Below are positions 57,269 through 64,000 of a stretch of DNA of 64,000 bases, piece by piece. The number at the start of each line of letters is the position of its first letter. Within the stretch, counting starts at the first letter, position 1. The stretch is from TPA_inf: Saccharomyces (Eukaryota), in the NCBI GenBank assembly GCA_000146045.2, contig BK006947.3, positions 720,334-784,333 of the forward strand, given 5' to 3'. Made by a program: the position numbers and the translations under genes. Under the pieces are notes generated by a model. It was given only the letters and a program-made list of their open reading frames with translations, did no database searches and was not told the DNA's origin.

Positions 57269-58405
57269 CTATTTTTTGAATAAAGGTTCCATTTTGTCGG
57301 AGAAAAGATTCTTCGACTTTGCTCTAGAAATTAAAAACGATGGAATATTAATCGTCCCAAGTAACGGTAGTGGAAATTGGCCAAACCCTGCATTTGGCCC
57401 AAGGGAGACACCACTTGGGGCATGTCCTGTCTCAAGACAATCTGCATCAACGAGACTAGCCTCTGTTCCTTCTTGTAAAGAACTTATAACATTTCGGGTC
57501 AAAACATCAACCCAATTATCTCTTTTAACCAATCCGTGATATCTAAAATTCGTTACATCACCAATGGCAAAAACGTTTCCTGCCTCAACAGCTTTTACCC
57601 TGAAGTTTTTTTCAACTTGAATGAACCCTTTCTTGTCACAAAGGTCTGAAATACTGTTGACCGGCACATTTGGAGAAATACCAACGCCTCTGTAAATCAA
57701 ATCAGCATCTATATATTTAGATGAGCCCTCACCTAGAAAAATACGTTTCGGCGAGGTGTCTAAAGAAGCCCCTACTGTGTTCAAGTACAACGTAATACCA
57801 TTTTTTGAGAGATAGTCTGTCACATTTTTTCTTAGGGTATCGTTGTATAACCCAGAGTCCGGCAGTAGCTTATCGGAATTATGAATAATGGAAATACGCT
57901 TTTTGCCAGACCTGATCTCCTCCAAATACTTGAATAACAATTCACCAGCTAGTTCACAATTAACAAAGCCACCGCCAAGAAAAAGTATGTGATCTGCATC
58001 TGAGATTCGAGAAGCCTCTCTTTCAAAATACTCTTTATAGTTATCCCCGAAGGTATAAGTTGAACCAATTGGATCAGCCCACTTTGAGCCAGTTGCAAGA
58101 ACCAAGATATCAAACTTTATGGCCCTGTCTGACCCCAAAACTACCTCCTTATCATCAAAGCTGGCAGCCGTATCTTTGATAACTTCAATACCACTATCAA
58201 GAACATTTTTTAACGGCAGGATCGACTTGGTATAATCCTTTGAAACCGTCAAACGGACAGCTGAGGGTAGAAAATACACATAATTAGATGCTGTGACGAG
58301 CTTTATTGCGTATGTCCCACCCAGTTCCCTGTACAAGTGATTTGCCACAGACACACCAAACACACCAGCACCAACAACAACTATGTTCTTTGTGTTAATT
58401 GTCAT
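57269..58405 (-). CDS. AIF1: Aif1 FAD-dependent pyridine-nucleotide-disulfide oxidoreductase (apoptosis-inducing-factor homologue), 378 aa.
   Basis: ATG verified; N-terminal IVVVGAGVFGVS FAD-binding motif. Confidence 0.85.
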   Translation of the reverse strand: MTINTKNIVVVGAGVFGVSVANHLYRELGGTYAIKLVTASNYVYFLPSAVRLTVSKDYTKSILPLKNVLDSGIEVIKDTAASFDDKEVVLGSDRAIKFDILVLATGSKWADPIGSTYTFGDNYKEYFEREASRISDADHILFLGGGFVNCELAGELLFKYLEEIRSGKKRISIIHNSDKLLPDSGLYNDTLRKNVTDYLSKNGITLYLNTVGASLDTSPKRIFLGEGSSKYIDADLIYRGVGISPNVPVNSISDLCDKKGFIQVEKNFRVKAVEAGNVFAIGDVTNFRYHGLVKRDNWVDVLTRNVISSLQEGTEASLVDADCLETGHAPSGVSLGPNAGFGQFPLPLLGTINIPSFLISRAKSKNLFSDKMEPLFKK

Positions 58406-59582
58406 ATATTTTGCAATTTCTTTCTTCCTTTCTCTGCTCTTTCCTGTAAATAATGAAGAACAACGATGAGGAAATGTGTGTCTATCAATGATTTATCACT
58501 GCTTTCGTTTCTAGTCTGCAGCAGCTAATATATTAATACTTATAATAGGCTTCATTTGTCCAGCCAGATAAAAAGGACTAATCATGCAGGGTGGACATTC
58601 AATTAATTTTTATCGCTTTTTAACGATTACTAATCCAGTATTACCAACTACAATCACTCAGTCATGTATCACTAATAACGAAAAGTAAGCTGTACAATGC
58701 TCATCTTCCTAGCACTACTAGTACTGCTACTATGAGACACCATTGAAGTCTTCTTCAAGACCCCCATTATGAGAACACTTGGCTCACTATACAATCGGCG
58801 GGAGATGGGTTGTTATTATAGAGAGTTTCAGGAAAAGCACTCCTAGATTCTAGTCAAGTACTGCCTATTGTATAAGAGACGAGGGCACGAGATAGCGCAG
58901 TATTTTATGATGAAAATATGAAAATAAATACTTAACTCATTGAGTAAGCTTAGCTGGGCAACTTAACTAACAGTCAAAAAAAAAAAAAAAAAAAAAAAAC
59001 AAGAGCCAGCAAACTGACATTAACATTGATCAATAAAATAAGAAAAAATGTACCAGAGAATTCGATTATGAACTGATGACAATATCATTAAAGACTTTGC
59101 ACAGTATTCAAAAACTAATCGAGAGCTTTGACCAAAAAGTGTCCCGACTTTATAATGAGACCGCCGCTTAATTCATAGGAGTTATATGGTATGCTTTGGA
59201 AAGCTATTACATTGTTTGATAATTCAAAAATAAGCCACAATACTTCACCTATTGTGTACCATGTATTATAAAACATCGCAGCTCGTATCTGTAAACATAC
59301 ATTGACTTACATTTTAGTGATAACTTGGGTACTTGAGTGAAGTCCATTTCTCCCGTGCTTCCGGAACATAAACCAACATAGATTCTCTTTCACTCGAAAC
59401 TGCTCGAAGCTGTTGCTCTTTTTTTGATCGTGGCTTTAACTATAAAACTCAACAGCTGCGTGATGAACGCGCTGTCAACAAATTTCATCTTGCGAATTAT
59501 ATAAAAAACACTGCGAGTGATTAAACCTCAGTAAACTTGTTACGTACCTCATAACATTAATGTGAAATACACTATATTGAAT

Positions 59583-60707
59583 ATGGGGGAAGAGATTAGA
59601 CTTTTGTCCTCTAAAGGTCTTGAGACCCATAGTAGCTTTTGTTTGCCCGAGGATATTTTCAGAAACCGTTTAACATGGTTGTGCAGTGAGATTCGCAACT
59701 CAGGATTTTGGATCTGGTCGCTATCATGGTTACCGCTTGCCGTTTGGTGGGGGATGGCCAGTACTTGGTTTTATCCCCTTCTGACTTCAGTAGTTCTAAT
59801 CCTGGCGCTAATTGCTATTTTGCCAGTAGTTCAAATACAGTACAGTAAATATACTTTATCAAATCAACTCACCCAGCTTTCTAAAGAAATCATCAAAAGT
59901 GCACCAGGTGCATACTCTGCTGATTGGGACGCTGTTGCAATACATTTCAATTCCTACTTGTATGAAAACAAAGCATGGAAAACTGCACATTTTTTTTTTA
60001 ATGGTACTGACTGCCAAGAAGCATTCAGGAAAACCATTCTAGAGCCAGCTGTTTTGAGGAGACAAAACGAAGATCCTAGGTTCAGTTCAATTGAGATTTT
60101 GGTCCCTTACACCGAAGACGCGGTGCAGGTTTATTTTACAAAAGTAAACGCACAGTGGAGGTTGATCCATGGTAAGAAGGAATGCAAACTTACTATGTTG
60201 GAAAATGTCAAGCTTCCTAAGGAAACCTATCGCTGCAAGCTAGCATGGAGTTGCCAGAGAATCAGGATTTCTTTCTCTCCACTAGACTTCCTTCCTGATA
60301 TGTCTGACTTCTTTATTTGTGCAAATTTATCACCAGCATGCTTGGTATCTTATTGGCTAATAGACATTTTCTTTAGAATGATAGATGATTTTCAAAACAT
60401 AAGGCCTAAATCGATGAAAGTTGATGATAAAATGCAGTACCTATCAGATATTATAAACGAGCAGGGTGCTAGCCCTGAAAAATGGGATACAATTGCAAGG
60501 AAAACGAATACACGATTATTTGAAAAGAGGGTCTGGAAAAACGAAGAGTTTTTCTTTGATGGGACTGATTGTCAGGCATTCTTTGAACGGAACTTTAGTA
60601 GCCTTTTGTTCTCAAAAAAATCTGCGTCGCCTAGATCATTAAACGTTGAACTTTGGAAATACATTCAAGAAGCGCAATTGAGCTGTAACTATGAGCCGTT
60701 ACCATAA
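59583..60707 (+). CDS. COS10: Subtelomeric COS/DUP380-family membrane protein, 374 aa.
   Basis: The track ORF starts at a GTG; the first ATG at 59583 gives [12 protein letters not shown].... Two TM helices followed by the conserved COS C-terminal domain. Confidence 0.8.
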
Positions 60708-61584
60708 AGATAGAAACATTTATTTTGACTTAGAAGCTACAAGGAGGATCAACTATTAATATTTTTCCTAGAGAACATTTTTAAAATTGGATTCAATAAA
60801 TTAGCGCCATCTATTGCCCTTACACTTTTCTCCTTCATATCTGGCTAGAAAAGGGGGGGTTACATCTCGGAATCAAATATTTTCCTCTGCGTCGAGTTTT
60901 AATCCTGCTTCTGGTTACATTCTTTTTTATCATACACGATTCTTTGAACATCAACTTCTCTCAAAACCATCCGCCTTCAGCGGCTACAATTACGTAATTG
61001 CACCAAGGCATTCGCGGAGAATTCACGAATTTGCAGACGCCAACAGTATACGACTCCCAACACACGTCTAATATCTTGTACGGATTTCAAGAGATAGAAA
61101 TATTACTTCCATGGAAGCCGTTTAGAGCAGACTGAATATGGGCTTAGACAATAAGCTTCTGAACGAGGGTCTTAAATCTAAATTCGGATTTTCTTTTTGA
61201 CCGAAAGCGGAAACTTCGCAGGCGCGCAAAAGGGGTTTTCAAGGCACCTCGGCACCCCTATAATTGGCATTCTCACATTCTGCGCATACGAATACACATG
61301 AGTGCCATAAAACAGTACTCCACATACGAAGTCTATCAAAGATGTATGATTCGTTCAAAAACAAGAACATCTTCATAGTGATAATGAGATTGTGTGAAAG
61401 ATGAGATATGGAGAATATGTGAGGTGCTAAATGAGCATCTGTTAACGAATCGTTTAAGTAGTGATAACAGATGGAGGAACGGGTATAAATAGAGCTGCTT
61501 CAACTATATGCCTTTGAGGTATGCGCTTTCATTTCACTATTTCTTGTTAAGATTACATCAGCACTAACAAACAAAACAAATACA

Positions 61585-61947
61585 ATGGTCAAATTAACTT
61601 CAATCGCTGCTGGTGTTGCCGCCATCGCTGCTACTGCTTCCGCAACCACCACTCTAGCTCAATCTGACGAAAGAGTCAACTTGGTTGAATTGGGTGTCTA
61701 CGTCTCTGATATCAGAGCTCACTTGGCCCAATACTACATGTTCCAAGCCGCCCACCCAACTGAAACCTACCCAGTCGAAGTTGCTGAAGCCGTTTTCAAC
61801 TACGGTGACTTCACCACCATGTTGACTGGTATTGCCCCAGACCAAGTGACCAGAATGATAACCGGTGTCCCATGGTACTCCACCAGATTAAAGCCAGCTA
61901 TCTCCAAGGCTCTATCCAAGGACGGTATCTACACTATCGCAAACTAG
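61585..61947 (+). CDS. PAU6: Seripauperin (PAU/DAN/TIR family cell-wall mannoprotein), 120 aa.
   Basis: ATG verified; [20 protein letters not shown] signal peptide and the conserved PAU domain. A TATAAATA box lies at about 61483. Confidence 0.85.
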   Translation: MVKLTSIAAGVAAIAATASATTTLAQSDERVNLVELGVYVSDIRAHLAQYYMFQAAHPTETYPVEVAEAVFNYGDFTTMLTGIAPDQVTRMITGVPWYSTRLKPAISKALSKDGIYTIAN

Positions 61948-62449
61948 GGAGTGATGCCTTTACGAATGAAAATCCATAGACAGTGAAAAGTAATGAAAAA
62001 ATAAAATAAAAAACTACTTTTTTTGATGATATAAATACCGTTGATTATATAAATGTATATTAATATTATAGACCTATTTGATCAATGACGGTGTTCGTGA
62101 AGTATTTCATGAATACGATAAACATAAGAAAGAAACTTTTACACTATTGTAGAAAAAGCGTGGACGGAAATAAAGCTAACAGAGTATGCCCAATAAACAA
62201 CAATGAAATTGGAAGCGTATGACTTCGCAGCACTTTGTCCTTCCATAAAAATGAGTCGCTGCTTCTTTTTTCATTTTTTGGCGCGTCGCGTCGGGCCGTA
62301 TAGAATATGCGTCACTTCTAAGAACAAGATTGCAGATCAGGGCAGTGCGAGTTACAAGTCATGGTACCAGACTCTCATTTAGAGACCCTCATTTTTGACA
62401 CTTAAAATATCAAAATTTCTGGGTTGCGATAGTTTTTGTGTAACTGTAA

Positions 62450-63694
62450 CTAGAAATAAAGCTGAGGGGTTAGTGTTTTATCAACAATAAGATAGAGGGT
62501 GGTAAGATGAAGTGAGACAATATCGTAACGTCCGTTTTAGTATACGGCGCTGATAAGTTATATTACCGTAGAATTATTTGGCGTTTCGTTGACTCCTACA
62601 AAAACAACAAACCTATCACCGTATCGTCTTCTTTAGATATAGTCTCTTCGTATGAGTAGTGTCACATACAAGATTAAAGATGCATCAGTTATCCTTTTAG
62701 GATATTGCGGTTAGCATATGGGAATGGAAATAGGATACAATTTTATCATAGCACCGGCATGAGTTTGAGCCACTACCGTATTGTTTCTCGGTGAATATAG
62801 AGTGTTACGACAGTGAGGTGGCATATTATTCTAATGTATGGTCTGTGAAAGTTAGAAATATTCTGAAATGGCATCCGTTCAAGCAAATGGTAATATTAAG
62901 GAACTTTTACGTTAATGACGTTATGGTAGTGCTCATACTTCAAGTCAATATGTTTATTTCGTAAAGTTGAAAGATAAATAATTTTTATGTTTAGGTGATT
63001 TTGGTGGTGATTTTGTGGGTATATTGAAATAAGTGTGTATAAATTGAGTGGTTAGTATATGGTGCAAAAGTGGTATAACGTATGTATTAAGAGCAGTTAT
63101 ACAATATTTGGGGCCGCCGAATGAGATATAGATATTAAAATGTGGATAATCGTGGGAGTTATGGGTAAATGGCTCAGGGTATAGACCGCTGAGGCAAGTG
63201 CCGTGCATAATGATGTGGGTGCATTTAGTACTGATTTAGTGAGAGATGGGTCATGGAGTGGAGTGCAATATGAGAGTAGGGTAAGTTGAGATGGTATATA
63301 CTGTAGCATTCGTGTGCGTATGCCCCATCAATATAAGTGAAGGTGAGTATGGCATGTGGTGGTGGGATTAGAGTGGTAGGGTAAGTATATGTGTATTATT
63401 TACGATCATTTGTTAACGTTTCAATATGGTGGGTGAACAACAGTATAGTGAGTAGCAGATGGGGGATGGTAGGGTAATGGCAGGGTAAGTGGTAGTGGGG
63501 TTGGATATGGGTAATTGGAGGGTAACGGTTATGGTGGGCGGTGGTTAGTGGTAAGTAGAGAGATGGATGGTGGTTGGAGTTGTAGAATGGAATGGAACAG
63601 GGTAACGAGTGGGGAGGTAGGGTAATGGAGGGTACGTTAAGAGACAGGTTTATCAGGGTTGGATTAGAATAGGGTTAGGGTAGTGTTAGGGTAG
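62450..63694 (+). repeat. Subtelomeric X element: core X plus a subtelomeric-repeat (STR) region carrying TTAGGG Tbf1 sites. The centromere-proximal boundary is approximate.
   Basis: ARS consensus-like TTTTATGTTTA at 62983-62993. G-rich degenerate repeats follow (GGGTAATGG, GGGTAAGTGG), then TTAGGGTAGTGTTAGGGTAG at 63659-63700. Confidence 0.7.
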
Positions 63695-64000
63695 TGTTAG
63701 GGTAGTGTGTGGGTGTGGTGTGTGTGGGTGTGTGGGTGTGGGTGTGTGGGTGTGGGTGTGGTGTGTGGGTGTGGTGTGTGGGTGTGGTGTGGGTGTGGTG
63801 TGTGGGTGTGTGTGGGTGTGGTGTGGGTGTGGTGTGGTGTGTGGGTGTGGGTGTGGGTGTGGTGTGTGTGGGTGTGGTGTGGGTGTGTGGGTGTGGGTGT
63901 GGTGTGTGGTGTGTGTGTGGGTGTGGGTGTGGGTGTGGTGTGTGGGTGTGGGTGTGGTGTGTGGGTGTGGTGTGTGGGTGTGTGTGGGTGTGGTGTGGGT
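63695..64000 (+). repeat. Telomeric TG1-3 repeat tract (chromosome end; the G-rich strand runs 5'->3' toward the end).
   Basis: About 300 bp of irregular GTGTGGGTGTGGTGTG repeats running to the window end. Confidence 0.95.

Noticed and set aside
61948-62450. A possible Y' element or additional subtelomeric ORF between PAU6 and core X.
   Set aside because: No long ORF (the Y' helicase is >1 kb) and no similarity to what I remember of Y'. The only ORFs are <100 aa, within or next to the X element (62954-63309).
63000-64000. Highly repetitive G-rich short repeats that could superficially resemble an array.
   Set aside because: No regular repeat-spacer periodicity; the repeats are degenerate TG1-3 and X-element STR motifs. 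This is a eukaryotic telomere, so CRISPR is not applicable.
1-64000. A prokaryotic-style defence or mobile 'system' (operons, integrases, toxin-antitoxin pairs, CRISPR).
   Set aside because: Every organisational feature is eukaryotic (intron, monocistronic genes with long intergenic promoters, pol-III tRNA with Ty LTRs, telomere). No recombinase, transposase ORF, or repeat-spacer array is present.

Overview
This window reads as eukaryotic nuclear DNA from Saccharomyces cerevisiae, running out to a chromosome end. Evidence: a spliceosomal intron with GTATGT / TACTAAC / YAG signals, a tRNA with a pol-III T-run terminator, and Ty LTRs 16 nt upstream of that tRNA. The last ~300 bp are irregular TG1-3 telomeric repeats preceded by a core-X/STR subtelomeric element. 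The gene order matches my memory of the right arm of chromosome XIV (YNR052C POP2 through YNR076W PAU6, then TEL14R). Recognition comes from translated products and family motifs read from the sequence, and gene names are from memory, not from a search. Content, left to right: POP2 5' end with its poly-Q tract, two-exon NOG2 with a likely intronic H/ACA snoRNA, ESF2, and tRNA-Leu(UAA) with stacked solo sigma/delta LTRs. Then HOL1 with its MLLLPS* uORF, the BIO5-BIO4-BIO3 biotin cluster, MNT4, FRE4, YNR061C, YNR062C (PUL3), YNR063W (PUL4) and YNR064C. Next come a VPS10-family gene split by one stop codon (YNR066C/YNR065C), DSE4, and a BUL-family gene split by one stop codon (BSC5/YNR068C). The telomere-proximal part holds PDR18, a polyol block (YNR071C, HXT17, YNR073C), AIF1, COS10, PAU6, the X element and the telomere. 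I found no evidence for an undescribed multi-gene system, and this looks like a well-annotated region. The most checkable oddities are gene-decay signatures: two single-nonsense-codon splits and an apparently frameshifted/5'-truncated YNR062C transporter. A further ~2.8 kb stretch has no supportable ORF. The supplied ORF track starts some ORFs at non-ATG codons (GTG/TTG); I moved BIO4, YNR062C, YNR066C, YNR068C, HXT17 and COS10 to the first ATG. The resulting lengths match the protein lengths I remember.
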